From Schmidtea polychroa (lineage: Eukaryota): 64,000 bases of DNA. The stretch covers positions 38,874,001-38,938,000 of the forward strand of contig CM097888.1 in assembly GCA_044892525.1 (NCBI GenBank), read 5' to 3'. Positions 14,196 through 28,796 of this stretch are shown one piece after another. The notes below the pieces were generated by a model. It was given only the letters and a program-made list of their open reading frames with translations. It was not told the DNA's origin and made no database searches. Numbering within the stretch: position 1 is the stretch's first letter; every line of letters starts with the position of its first letter. The translations under genes and the position numbers were made by a program.

Positions 14196-17100
14196 ATTTA
14201 GATTGTTTTGAAAATAGAGAAAATAAATGAGAAAAGTATTTTAGTTTTATCTGCTCAGACAATTTTGATATTTCAATTTCTTTAAATAAATGATTTTAGA
14301 TTTTTAGGGATAGACATAAATACAGAGTCAGTCTTTTCCATTGACATTGTATTTATTAAAAACTTGACCATGAATCAATAAAAATATCGATGTTTCGATG
14401 TTATATGTATATATGAATATAATCCTGAAAAGTTTTAACTCTTTAAATATATAAAGTAAAAATTGAGGAAGCTAAAATTCCTTGGGACAAAATATTGATG
14501 CTTTTCTAGCGAATAAATAAATAAATGTATATATATAAAATTTAAAATTTTAAGAGACCTTTAAATCTCAACATGGGTATGATATCTGCATATTATATTA
14601 AGAGTTTATTAATGATATGGGTTTTAGTAATTTTAACGAAATTCTGAAATAAGCAAATAATTTTTTTGAAGTAAGTACTGAAAGAACTTTGAAAATATTT
14701 AAATATGCAAGAAATTTTTAGAATTAATTAATGGCTTGAATGTACAATGATAAGGTGAAAATAATCAGCACCATAAACAAAAGAATATTTCAAAGGAAAC
14801 ATTGTCATCTGTAAATCTTCATCCTCTTACACAGGATTTCCAAACTAGGAATGTTCACACCATTGGTGATGCGAGATAACATTTTAGATTTTTTTATAAC
14901 AATATAAAAAATGTTTAATTAGTATTTTTAAAACATGAACTAAAATCGATGAAAAATGCTTTATGTAGATATATTAGCTCTTAATAATTAAGGGATGCTT
15001 GTCTCCAAAATTTGATGTCATAAGATCAAATCAAAAAATAACCATATTTTTATTTTGGTTTCACGCTTTGAAAAAGAGTCATTTAATTTAAATTGTCTTA
15101 TCAACATGTAATTTTTTATTTGTAATAAATTTTCTTTCTCACATGGCTCCCTTTTTTTATATATTATTAAAAATTGATCATTTAATTTATTTTGATCATC
15201 TTTACTTTTGAAAGTATAAAATAATGATTTCTTGATAGCAGAATTAACTAAATGTTAAACAAGTCAATGATAAAATAAGGCTTTTATTTTACAAACATAT
15301 TTTATTAACTAAATTTTAAATATAAATATTCTTTCACTCGTTCATTTAATCATTAAATTTTAATGAGTCGTTTTAGGCTTTTAAAATTATTTAAAAATTA
15401 AACAAAGCATAATAATTATTAATATAAATTATACTAATTTTACCATATTGTTCTAGACCTTATCAATATTTTGTTTTAATTGATAGAAGTTATATTTTGA
15501 GATTTTAATTTTTATATTCTGTAATTTAAAATTAGTTTATGTAACTTTGATTCCACAAATTCGTTCAGCTTGAATCCTTTTTATTAAATTTACAAGAAAT
15601 CCAGCAATGCTGTTGAGTAATATTATGGTTATAATAGGTTATAATGTGTTGGTGTGGAAGTTCACAGGCAAATCTTTAATAATAAAGTTTAAAGCTTTCT
15701 TTTCAGATTTGTGACATATCCTCCCCGTTATGTAAAATAAATGTAAAATATTGAGTTTATTAAATAATAGTTTAAAACAAACTAAATTATAATAAAAATG
15801 AAATGGGCCACAAAATCTTCTTTGATTGTTAGTTTTTCCTACAGTTGACTTAATTCATGTTTCTCTTAATAAAATATTTATTTGCATTTTAATACGTTCT
15901 TGTACATTTTGCACATCGCATTTCCTTTACCTTTTTATTCTATTTTTCTAATACTCAATTGTATTTTGCCATAATTTGTCTCTATTAACATTCCGGGATT
16001 TTAACCCAATTCTTGAACACTAAATGTTTTATTATTTTATATTTTGAATAATTTTTTGCTAACATGTTTTTTGGTTATTATAGTAAAAAAATAGTTTTCT
16101 AACCTATAGTATTCATATATTCAAAAAAAAGGCAGTGCCAAAAATTCGTGAGTATCAAAAAAATCGATATATTACTAATTTATAGTCTTCAAGCTCTCTT
16201 TTTAATAAATCACAATTGTTAGGATTTAATGAATTAATAAAATATTATGGAATAATTGCCAATGAAATATGTGAATTCCAGCTCCCTAAAATGTTCTCGA
16301 ACTGTGAAGAAAGGTCAAATACTAAAAGCCCTTTAAAAAAGTTTTACATTTAGAGCTAAACTATACCATGTTATTCAGCACAATATAAATAACTCCAAAG
16401 AATAATCTCTTTTGCTACCAAATATTATTTTTTTTCTCGAATAATGATCCTTTTTAATGATCTCTTTTTAACATTATATACTAATTTTTATTAAAAATTT
16501 TTAAAAATTACAAAAAACATAATATTTTTCAAAAATAAAAATTAAAAAATTATTTAGAAATTGTAATTTAATTTAGTTAAAAAATTATTTCACTTTAAAA
16601 TAGAAATGTTTCTTTAATTAGCAGCATAATAGATGATTTGTGGAGATATTGATTATTTTTCTTAGAAAATCAATCAATAATTTTCAATTATTTTGTTTCG
16701 TTGGAACTAAAACAAATCTATCTTAATTTGTAATTCTTTACAACCTGTCAATCAAAAAAATTCAACATCAAAAGAGGTATTGGAAAAATAAAGGAAAAAT
16801 AATTTTATCAAATAAAACTGAAGAAAAACTTAGAAAATGTTTTTATTTAAATTTGGAATTATTAATATATTAATTGATTAAAGAATATTCATTATGAAAT
16901 TAATATTGAGAATTTATTACCGTTTATTTATTGGATTTATCAAAATAACAATGAAAGCTTTGTTTGTTTGAAGAGGCATTGTTTTAAATGATTTCGTAAA
17001 TTCTTTTTTGTTTTAATTTTTTCCATTTTAGTTAACTTTTAAAAAAATTATTTTTATATCTAATATTACGGTAATACTCAATGAACGGGTAGAGGATTAT

Positions 17101-19894
17101 GGAAAAGAAAAGAAGTATGTTCATCTTATTGAATTTAATTGCCAAATAAATGAAAATTCTTAAATATTACCGTTAATTCAAATTTAAAACCAGTTAACAA
17201 TTCTCTTCGACTTTTTTTCCCGGATTTTTCAATTTATTATAAAAACAAATAAAGATTATTTTCCATATAAAATAAAAAACAGATTTGTATTATTACCAAA
17301 ATCATAATCTAATTAATCAAAGTTTGAATTTGTTTAATATTTTGTTTTTAAATTATGTTGGCTTTCTAAAGGTTTTGGTAGGGTTAAAACACTAATCTGG
17401 TTACCCGCGTTTATTAATTAATAACCCAATACCAAAGGTAAATGAAAAACTTTATTTCCACCGAAAAATTTAACAAATTTATGTATAATTTTGACAACTA
17501 ATTTCAATATAAATTTCAATAATTTTACCAAGGACAAACTGTCTTTTATAAACAGACGATGCTTTAGATACTTATCAAACTTTTTCAAAGATAAAATTTT
17601 TTTTTAAATTAACATAAATCGTGTTTGTCAAATTCAGCGGTTCCACTTACCGGATAAAATGATTAATGCAGTCAACAAATTTCTAATTAATTATATTTAC
17701 GTTTTTAGAGCTTTGGAGTCAATGTAGAGGAATTAAATTCGTCTCTTATGTTTCATTTGATAGCTATTTTTATCTCTCCTTCCCTTAAATCAGGATGTCC
17801 AACCTTTTAATGGGCCGTATTGCAAACTTAAATGATTAACTGTGTTGTAAAACTACCATAATATCTTAAGCCTAGACCCTAGAGAATGGTCTCAAAGTCT
17901 TTGAGATTTTAAGGGATAGATGATGTATTTTTTTGAATGTTGCAGCTTTTTTATCATGGACGTGAAGCTCATAGTGCGCTTGCCGGAGTGTGAATTCTTT
18001 AAAAACATCGAATTTCTTTTGTACTATACCCTTAAATTTAATGGGAAAATTACAATACAAAACAAAATCATGTGAATACAGTTTATTTACATTATTACAA
18101 CATTCCAAATATTGTAATCTTTGTATGTTACATCATAAATAGTTTACCTTTTTATTAAAAATCGCAATAAATTTACAGAACAATCCAATATTTTCATTTA
18201 TTTTATAAAAAATTAATTTTGAATAAAATAAATTCCTTTTCATTTAAATTTATTATTTTCAATATTTAAAACAATATAATAAAATATTAAATATAATTAA
18301 ATTGCAATACTGATATAGAATTATAATTCATGAATAACATTTTAAATCTTTTCAATTGTAAAAATTTCTAGTCATTTTTTTTTCCTAATAATTAGTAAAT
18401 AAAAAAATCTGAATTTACTATGGTAACAAATGTATACGTAAACGACAGAAGAAAGCATAATTAAATTTAATAAACTATAATAACTGAATAATTGTTAGTA
18501 AGACAGAAGACTCAAAGAAAAATATTTGTACAAAAAATCGATAATTTCTAGTTTAATTAGTTTTCGCGCAAAAGTCTTAATTTCGTAGAGTTTTAGAATT
18601 CACTTTTTATTGATTATTTATTAGTAATTTTCATTGTTAAATTTCTCTTCTAATTTACAATATTTTAATTTGTTTTAATTGAAAACTTTTGTCAATGACT
18701 CAGAGAACATAAAATGTCGATCATCCGACAGTGATAAATAGATTAATACGCCAATTTATTAGAGAGTGAAATAGGTAAATAAATTCTTTTTTATTAAATG
18801 TTATTCTTCTTTTTCTTTTTTTTCTTTTATTTTCTTTATTCTTCNNNNNNNNNNNNNNNNNNNNNNNNNNNNNNNNNNNNNNNNNNNNNNNNNNNNNNNN
18901 NNNNNNNNNNNNNNNNNNNNNNNNNNNNNNNNNNNNNNNNNNNNNNNNNNNNNNNNNNNNNNNNNNNNNNNNNNNNNNNNNNNNNNNNNNNNNNNNNNNN
19001 NTAAATTGGAAAAAGATTTCAGATTTTGAGTCAATTTTCTAACAGAAAACAATAATCACAAAAGTCTGAGTGAAAAATCCTATTATAAAAAATAAAATTA
19101 AGAATAAAGAATTTGTTTAAACATTACTGATGGGCCAATAGATAACTCGTGTTGTCTGCAAGGCATTCTTAGATGCTATCTGCTGCGATCTATTGGAAAT
19201 ATTTCATCGCTTTAGTTATTGACATCAATCATTATTATATTAATCTTGATATATTAACTCTGAAAGTTTAAGGTAATAAAAAATGTTAGAGAAACTATAT
19301 AAATTAAAAAAGTGTTAGTTTGTTTAAATATTCAGACTTTCTTTTTGTAAATAAGGTATTTGCTTAATTTGTTCTAAATGTGAGAATTACAAAATGGAAA
19401 TTTTGTTCTATAAATGCATACCATAGAAAAGTAATTTCTATGGTTAGAAATGACATAAAGGAATTTAGCTTTGGTCACAAGGAAATTTGAGTGGCTTTTA
19501 AGTGAAAGGATTATCGTGTCAAAAATAAATGCAAGAATTTCAAAGGAAAAATGTGTTAATGAGACAATGGAACATTCTTTATCGGAGTTCTTAGAACTTG
19601 TAGAGAAAAAGAGCATGGTAAAGAATAAATATTGCAATTAGGTTACCAATAAAATTGACAAAATTTGATTAAATTATTGATAAATTAATTTGTGCTAAAT
19701 AATTATTTTTATCTTTTGTTATTGTTTGAAAATTAGACATTTTGTAATTCTTTCTTAAAAATGAATTAATGAAAATTCTTCAATTTATTCATTCTTTTAT
19801 TCACTAGATGTCTCACAACGTGATACGATTTCTAATTATATTTCCATTGAATGGGTATACCCTCCCGACATTTCCATTTGCAATAAAATTATCG

Positions 19895-21131
19895 TTGATC
19901 AAGAAAAATATAAAGCTAAACAAATTGTTTATAAATTAATATAATATTTATAAATTATAGCGACTCAGACAATTAAAAAAACAAAAACATGCTAATAATA
20001 AGTAAATAAATTATTAAAGATGCAAATGCTACAACTGAAAGTTTTGTCTACTTGTTTCCTTATGAAATGAAATGCATCAAATTCAATATACTAATGTAAA
20101 TTATTTGTATAATAAAACTAAATGATTGTTTTAATTATTTAAATTGTTACAATTTTACTGCCATTTTAATATTTTGTTTTAAAATATTATAATACAAAAA
20201 ATAATATTAATACAATTCACATCAATTGAGGATAATTACGTATGGATTTGATTAAATCGACTGTTTGTGGAAATAATATTTGAAACTTGTATTTCTTGTA
20301 TTTTTTCTTAACTTCTAATCATATAGAAAATTCCAAATTAAAAAATTTAAATATAAAATATATTTTCTGCCAATTTAATTAAATTATAGCAATGAAACAA
20401 CCGAAAACAAAATTAAAAAAAAATTATTATATTAATGTACTAATATTTATATAATTGACCAACACATAATTGAAAATGTTTTGTTTTAGAATAAATGTAA
20501 ATTGTATTTTAATGAATTTGATAATCCATTTTTTCAAACATTCTATAACATTTTTTAGTTCTTAATTATTTTGTTTATTTATTATATGTTGTATAATGTA
20601 TATGATGGGTATCATTTTTACTACTCCAATGAACATAAGCAAAATTAGTAAACATTAAATAAATAGCATTTGCATTTACAAGAGACAACCAGTATCACGT
20701 AATGCTTTGAGTCTTGGCTCAAAGGCAACATTTATTTACATAATTTTATGTTCTTCAAAAAAAAATTATAGACGTGGGTTGGTATGTTATTATTGTAGAC
20801 AAAAATAAAAATATAAAATAAAATATATCAATATTTAATAATATACTATATAGGTAAAATATAATTTAGTTATAACTTTTTCGTTTTATTTAATAAAAGA
20901 GCTTGACTATGAATCAGTAAATAAATCGGTATTTTTGATATTCAGGAATTTTCTGCACTGCCTTTTTTAAGTGGATTTGATCAAGATAAATATAAAGCTA
21001 AACAAATAGTTTATAAATTAATTCGCGACTCAAACGATTTAAAATGCAAAAACATGATAATAATAAGTAAATATTATAGACAAATATTAATGCTACAACT
21101 GAGTTTTGTCTATTTGTTTCCTTGTGAAATG
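19895..21131. repeat. Local direct duplication of about 155-175 bp (19895-20069 and 20977-21131)
   Basis: Shared TTGATCAAGA.AAATATAAAGCTAAACAAAT ... ATGCTACAACTGA..GTTTTGTCTA.TTGTTTCCTT.TGAAATG. Confidence 0.85.
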
Positions 21132-23489
21132 GAATATTATGAAACTATATGCCATGTTCTATCATTTCAATAAAAACACTTTTATACTTTTTTGAATTGA
21201 CTTTATACATCCTTTACTAAATTATAAGAATTCTTAGAAAAAGCCTTTCTTGATATAGAACAGTGCTCCGCAACCGGTGTACCGCGAACCCGATCTAGGT
21301 GTGCTGCGGTAAAATTCAATGTATTGGCATTTTAAAATATAAAAATATCTTAAAATTTTTTAATTTATAAATAAATCTAAATTATAATTAATTTTTTTTA
21401 GTCTATTTATATAATTAATTAATTAAGTTTGGGATTTTATTTAACTTTATCATTTTTCGTTAAATTTTCATCTAAATTAAAGATGCATTTAATTTTGTTT
21501 TAATATTTATATTTCATAAAATTTTAAATTTATATTTATTTTTTAGGCAGTTTCACATTTTTAGTTTAAATTTTCACAAATTTTAAGAACTCTATAATAA
21601 ATATTATTATGTTTTTAAACAATCAAACTTTTAAAATTTTAAAATTAAAATCAATATATAATCGTTTTTAATGATTCTTAATGATTATTTTATGATTATT
21701 ATAATAATAGGAAATAAAATATACATTAAAAATGAAATAGAAAATAATTAAAAAATAATTTCAAAAGTATATTGTGTAAATAGCAATTATTTCTGATAAA
21801 TGTAAAATGGATTCTCCTTAATGTAAAAAAATGTAAGAGTAAGAAAATTTAAATTTTGTAGACATGTCTAACTAACAGTATGTGTTAAGCTTTGATTTTA
21901 ATGTTCTTTTTAATTAATTAATAAATTTTTCTATTTTTCTATTTTAGATCAATTTCAAGAAGTGAGTGCTTCATAATAATCTAATTAATTTGGTAGCAGT
22001 GTATTTCTTTAAATATAGAGAAATTTTTACGCGGGAATATAGATCTACCAAGGCCACCTGTTACAAAAAAACCAAAAATATACATATACAAATATACATT
22101 AAGTTGCAATATGGTTTATAACTGTTCAGATTAATAAAATTAATAAAATGTAAATTGCACTATTGGCAGGTAATGCAAAGTACGTTGAGTACCTAGAGAC
22201 ATGTAGTACTCAATATTATTCTAACTTGAAGTGTCTTTATTTGTTTATTATATATGTAATGGATTATTAAAGAAAGAAAAAAGGTCAATGGTGATAAAAA
22301 TAAAAGATTGCATTATCCGTTAAAAGAAATATTAAAATTATAAATAATTTAAAATAACATTAATATTAAATTATAGACAATAAGTGTTTTTATTTATTTT
22401 CAATTAATTAAATATATATTTGAATTGTAAAAAAGACGTTTCATTTAATGGTTAAGATCAACAAAGATTTTTAAAAATTAAATGAATTTTAACGGGAATG
22501 GTTAATGAATATTATTTTGATTTGTTTAATTTAATAAATTTATTGAAAATTTTATTTTTCTCAATCACATTAAAGTAAATGATCATTTTAATTAAATTTC
22601 CAAACGTGACAAAAACCGATGAAATCTACTATATAACTCGAGCATATAGACATATTATTCAATCTTTTTCACAGTTAATTAAATATTTTTAAATATATTT
22701 TTTTCGAAATGAATTAAGATATTTTTCAATATATTCTGGTTAGAAATTTTAATTTATGAAATTCGTTTTTTTTAATAAAAGAAGCATTATTTGAAAACAA
22801 ACATTTCAATTGTAATTCAAAATTTTCAGAAACTTTCAATTCAACATCACAAATACTATCATTCTGCCAACAATATTTATTTCCCAACTTTTCTTCATAT
22901 ACATGAAAATCTCACAAACCGGATGTCATTTTTCACAGATAAAATTTACCTTCGTATTTAATTTATAGCGAAATGGATCATTATTTAACGAATTAGGTTT
23001 ATTAAATATTTAAATATATATCGTTAAAAAAAATAATAAAAAAGAAATAATAAAATAGTTAAAATAATAACAAAAGTAATAATATGGAATTAATTATTAA
23101 AGTACAAAATTAGATATGATTGCAATAAAACAACATATTAAACTCAAATTGTTTGAAAAAATTGGATTTAACTATTTGAACAATAACCTAATTNNNNNNN
23201 NNNNNNNNNNNNNNNNNNNNNNNNNNNNNNNNNNNNNNNNNNNNNNNNNNNNNNNNNNNNNNNNNNNNNNNNNNNNNNNNNNNNNNNNNNNNNNNNNNNN
23301 NNNNNNNNNNNNNNNNNNNNNNNNNNNNNNNNNNNNNNNNNNNNNNNNNNNNNNNNNNNNNNNNNNNNNNNNNNNNNNNNNNNNNNNNNNNNNNNNNNNN
23401 NNNNNNNNNNNNNNNNNNNNNNNNNNNNNNNNNNNNNNNNNNNNNNNNNNNNATTTAATTATAAGATAGCGCCAATCAAACATTCTTTT

Positions 23490-23528
23490 CACAATATATT
23501 TCGACAGTTTTCCTGTCATCATCAGGTG
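23490..23528 (-). ncRNA. Minimal type I hammerhead ribozyme (Penelope pLTR type)
   Basis: Minus strand CAC-CUGAUGA-U-GACAG(GAAAA)CUGUC-GAAA-UAUAUU-GUG. It has an intact core, a perfect 5-bp stem II, a palindromic AUAUAU stem III and a 3-bp stem I CAC/GUG. Predicted cleavage is after AUU (23493/23492). Confidence 0.75.
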
Positions 23529-23789
23529 GGATATAATAACTATGTAAATTAAGGATTTTAAACAAATTTATTAATTATATAAAAACTTTTTTTTTAATAA
23601 AAACATTTAATTATTTTTGAAAATTATAATTAAATTAATATATTATTTTTAAAAATTTTTAAACATTCAAAATTTAATTTAATAATTTAAAAAATTTTAT
23701 AAATTATTTAATTTAACACAAGAATCAATACATAAAATATACAAGAAAATAAATTTTTTAAAAACATTTAAAATACAAGTCTTCACTGC

Positions 23790-24200
23790 ATTCTACACAT
23801 TAAGTTTTGCATTCAATGATTTTATCAACAACGCCTCACAAATCACACGTTCCCAATAATTATCGAAATTTTATAATAAAATTTTAAATCAGACATACCT
23901 ATTTTAATCTTACAGCCCTTATTGTGCTCACTAATATGGGTCAAAGCCTTCGGTCTATAATGCTCTCGAGCTCGAATAAAGAGATGACGGGAAGTCTCTC
24001 CAATGTATGTGGTATTACACCCATTACATGTAAACTGATAAACGAGATCGGAACACAATTCGACCGGAGTTTTTGACTTATTAATGAACATATTGCGTAC
24101 TTTCCATGAAGTTGATACTATCCTATAGTTTAAATTCCCAAACTGCTTTCTTATCTTCTTAATCCTTAAAACCTTCTGAGTATGGCAATACTAACGTAAA
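23790..24200 (-). mobile_element. Penelope-like retroelement relic: RT-EN linker and GIY-YIG endonuclease, frameshifted
   Basis: LVYQFTCNGCNTTYIGETSRHLFIRAREH. An upstream frame reads PYSEGF. A shifted downstream frame reads WERVICEALLIKSLNAKLNV*, a typical PLE endonuclease C-terminus. N-gaps lie nearby on both sides. Confidence 0.85.
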
Positions 24201-26078
24201 TCATCCTTGCTCACACTATTTAATTTATTTGTCTTATCAGTCTCTTTTTCATTAAATACAATTTTTGCAGCAAAAGGCTTAAATTATCACTTTATTGTTT
24301 TAAATAATAAATGCTGCTACAAAGNNNNNNNNNNNNNNNNNNNNNNNNNNNNNNNNNNNNNNNNNNNNNNNNNNNNNNNNNNNNNNNNNNNNNNNNNNNN
24401 NNNNNNNNNNNNNNNNNNNNNNNNNNNNNNNNNNNNNNNNNNNNNNNNNNNNNNNNNNNNNNNNNNNNNNNNNNNNNNNNNNNNNNNNNNNNNNNNNNNN
24501 NNNNNNNNNNNNNNNNNNNNNNNNNNNNNNNNNNNNNNNNNNNNNNNNNNNNNNNNNNNNNNNNNNNNNNNNNNNNNNNNNNNNNNNNNNNNNNNNNNNN
24601 NNNNNNNNNNNNNNNNNNNNNNNNNNNNNNNNNNNNNNNNNNNNNNNNNNNNNNNNNNNNNNNNNNNNNNNNNNNNNNNNNNNNNNNNNNNNNNNNNNNN
24701 NNNNNNNNNNNNNNNNNNNNNNNNNNNNNNNNNCCAGTGTATTAAATTATGTTTATTCTAGTGCCGTCAAAATTTTAATTGAAAAAAAGTTTGATTTCAA
24801 AAGTTCCAACTGCTACAGAAGCAGGAGTTATTAACAGAATTAATAGAAAACAAAAATGCCTAATTTGACAAAATCGTGGAGGATAGAAATTTGCTAATTA
24901 TAATTCATCTGTTTTGTAAGAGAATTGCGAAATTATACTAGCAGAGAAAAGTCAACAGGCAAATTAACAATTAGCGATTCAATAGCGAAATAGCTGATTA
25001 AAATACGGATAAGTAAAATTGTACTTAATAGAAAATTGAATTTTGTTTAAAAATGAATTTTTTTATCATTTTAAACGGCCAAATAAAATTGAATTCGAAA
25101 TATTATCCGAATCGTAATCTGAAATATAATTAATTAATTTATTAAATTCATTATTATTTATATTTTTTTTCGGTTTTCTTAATTTTAATTAAATAAATTA
25201 TTTCAATTAATTAAATGATGTGAATTATATTTGCTGTACTGAGATAGACATATATCTTTTCTATTTATTCTAATGAAAATTTATTTAATTTTAATTCTTT
25301 TTTAAAAATGTAAAGAATTATATGAGAATGAAATGAAATAATGTTTTGTTTATAACTTCCACTATTGTATTTAATTTTTCAAATATTTCAATATTTTCGG
25401 AGCTTGGTTTTTGAATTAACATCATTTTTACATCAACTCGTCTATAATTTTGAAAGAAAAACTAACATTTAGATAAAAGTTCTTTTTTGGCAGTATTCTG
25501 AAATCTGCGTTTATGAAAATATTTTTTGTTTGTTTGATTAAATATTTGATTGGACTTTAGAAAATTTGAGAATTCGAAAAATCATATCACTTACTGAAAT
25601 TTTATAATTGAAATTTTATTTATTTATTGAATTCATATTCTAAATATCAGTAAGTCAATGCAACTTTAATGCAAATAACTGGTTGTTTCAGTCTGGATAG
25701 CGCAAATATCCCGATTTTCAATGAAATCCTAATTGTTTTTGCGTTTATCCGCACTAAATATTAGCTATCAGACTTTCTGTTTTATGGAGGATTTCTTAAT
25801 TCTCGAAAATCAAAAATGTTGAATTTCTCAAAAATAAATTTTCGAAAATTATAAAATAATATTAACATATGAATATTTCCGAAGACAATAATTTATATAA
25901 ACAAATTTTCTTTCAATAAAGACTAAAAAATTAAGCAAATTTACATTATTATTTCTAATATTATAAAATTTAGCATAAGTATGTTCGGAATTGAAATGAA
26001 ATGATCAATGCTGCTTTTATACTGTCGTAGAAAATTCCAGAATTACCTATATAATTGATGCATTTAAACAAAATCATA

Positions 26079-27702
26079 GAAATGTAAAAGTTTCCATAAA
26101 AAAAAGTTTCCAAAAGTTAGTAGACACTATAAAATAGCAATAAAAATATAGTCTTAAAAATATCATATTGTTTCACAAATAGTACCATTTGAAACAAGGA
26201 GAGGATCCTAAGAATTAGTAGAACAAAATTGTTAAAAAAGAAAAAAAATTTCTATCTCATTTCCATACATTTTTTTGCTCACTGTACATGTAAAACTAAT
26301 TTTACTTGAATTTTTGAAAAATATCCATCTTTCAATCGTTTTTTTTGTGACAAGTTAAAACAATTTGCAAATAAAGAAATAATAAAATATAATACTTTCA
26401 AATCGATGCCGGGCTTCCAAAGACTTAATTGAAAAAATACAAACCAATTAATTAATTAATTTAAATTTTGTTAATGATCTATTTTGGAAATAGAAATCTA
26501 ATATCTCTTTATTTAGTGATATCCCAAAAATTGAGAAAGATTGTTGATCAAGCTTGCAGAACCAAAATGGTTAATAATACTGAAATCTGTCCGTTATAGT
26601 CAACAGAGAATTATGTGTCAGTACATCAGAGATGAGAATAATCTAAAATATCATCTAATTTTGAAAGACAATTTATCCTTGGTATCCTTTATATTTTAGT
26701 GTACATACATTTTTAATTGAAGTTTTATATTGAAATCAGTTGTCAAACTTATTCCTGATTTGTGTATTTGTAAGTGAAATGAAATTTGTTATTTCTTTAT
26801 TAATGTATTATTAATAAAAGGACGTATGAAGCCAGATAAGAATAACAACCTTAACCAAACACTTTCATTTACAAATTCCTTTATGTTTTTACCTAGACCA
26901 ATATTTCTGAAAGTTTCTAAATCAAATACGTCATGTATCTGTGTCAAATATTTGATTTCATTGCAATTATTTTTAGGTTTCTTGGTAGCAGAATAAATTC
27001 ACTGTTAAACAAATAAATAATAAGACAATCCTCTGCTGCAAAATATTTATTTAGAAAATTTTTGTTTAAAAAATATTTTTAACCCTTATTAAAGAATTAT
27101 TTGTATTATTATTTGAATTATCTAGTTCTAAATTTTTAATAATTTTCTAGATAATGACTTATCAGTTTCGATTTGTATTTCGTAAAAACATAAAAATATA
27201 AAAAACATAACGATCATCTATAACAGTGGTTCTCAAAGTGTGGGTCACGACCCACGATGGGGTCGTAGAAATTTCAAGAAAACGGAAGATTGTAACTAAA
27301 AAACATTAGGTTGGCTTCAAAATAAAATATTTTTTGAATATAATAAATATTTTATTTTATATTACTATTTTCATCGGCAAAATATTTGCTAGGGTTAATG
27401 AGGTCGCTAAGCAAAAAAGTTTGAGAAGCTCTGATCTATAACATTGTTTCAAAACTGTTTGGATTTTCTTAATTTTTTAACATTGAAAATATATAATTTT
27501 ATTTCATTGAAATGTAAAATGTTTCCATATTATATTTAGTTAGAAATTTAGTATGCTTACATAATAGCAATAAAATATAGTCTTAAAAATATCATATTAT
27601 TTCACAGATAGTACCATTTGAATGCCCACATAAAATTGTGTTGGTATATAAAAGGAGAGGATAGAACAAAATGGTTAAACATGCAACAAATTTCTATCTC
27701 AT
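26079..27702. repeat. Local direct duplication of about 180 bp (26079-26260 and 27509-27702)
   Basis: Shared GAAATGTAAAA.GTTTCCATA ... ATAGCAATAAAA.TATAGTCTTAAAAATATCATATT.TTTCACA.ATAGTACCATTTGAA ... TTTCTATCTCAT. Confidence 0.85.
27224..27433. mobile_element. hAT (Charlie-like) MITE, 210 bp
   Basis: Ends CAGTGGTTCTCAAA / CAGAGCTTCTCAAA; perfect 8-bp TSD ATCTATAA. Confidence 0.9.
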
Positions 27703-28706
27703 GTTACGTGTCTCCCTAAAAATGTTAAAATATCATACATCGTGGCAGTTTAGTACGATATCAAACCTTTTAGTACACACTGAAATGTTTTTTCTATATA
27801 AAAGCCCCATAAAAATATCTATGACATGTTGTATTCAGACTTTTATTAAAATATTTAAAATACAGCACAAGTTTTATGTATAAGACACTATTTTAACAAT
27901 TTAAAATAATTATTTTAATAATTAATGCTTGAATTATTATAATATTATAAATTTTGCGTGACAATAATTTTCTCTTGCTGAAGAAATTTTACCCGACATG
28001 AGTTTGGGGTCTCTATTAAAACGATAATATCATCTTATTTCAAATTCCAGAAATAATTTAAATTTAAATCATACAAATATTTTAAATTAAAAAAAACAAA
28101 TAAACTTTTTTGTGTAATGCTACATAAAACAATAAATGTTCTGTTACATAATCTACATAAGGGAAAATTTAGAAATATTTCCTTAAGTCAGCAAATCCGT
28201 GTTGCAAAGTTAGAGTGCATTTCAGTGATGTCAGAAATGTAAGAGCGATTGAAATATATTCTGGAGAACATTTTTAATTACTTGACAGATGTTAGATTTT
28301 TTACGATATTTATATAGGATTTTCTTTCGTTGAAAATTATTATGAGCTCTACAGATCCAACACTATTCTCTGTTGTTTGCTATGCAAAAATCTCCGTAAA
28401 AATAAAAAAGAAATTATTTTTCTAGTAATATATTATTTCTTTAAATTGAATGTGTGAGTGTAATATGAGATGGAAGAAAATTGGAAGCGATTCTTGGCTT
28501 TGATAGGGAATTGTAGGTAATTATAAATCAACCTTTGTTAGTAGTGTTTTTTATTTATAAATAATGTAATTATATTATTTCGAGTAATAAATTATATTAA
28601 TGAAGAGTAAAATTTTTGCGAGATAATTGATTGATTTTTTTCATTAATCATTCAGATAATTTTATCATTTTATTTAGATTTACGAGATTTAAAGAAACGG
28701 AGAAAA

Positions 28707-28710
<4 letters not shown>

Positions 28711-28794
<84 letters not shown>
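28711..28794. repeat. (TA)42 microsatellite
   Basis: Direct reading. Confidence 0.95.

Positions 28795-28796
<2 letters not shown>

Noticed and set aside
17940-17995. FYHGREAHSALAG, resembling an M20 peptidase motif
   Set aside because: Short, bounded by stops, and no other M20 motifs or splice support.
21261-21320. Solo hAT-like ends (also about 17811, 37335, 42550, 44093)
   Set aside because: No partner TIR or TSD found, so the elements cannot be delimited.
22185-22225. TTGAGTAC..GTACTCAA hairpin followed by CTAA as a Helitron 3' end
   Set aside because: The loop is too long, the stem is AT-rich, and no TC 5' end or Rep/Hel remnant was identified.
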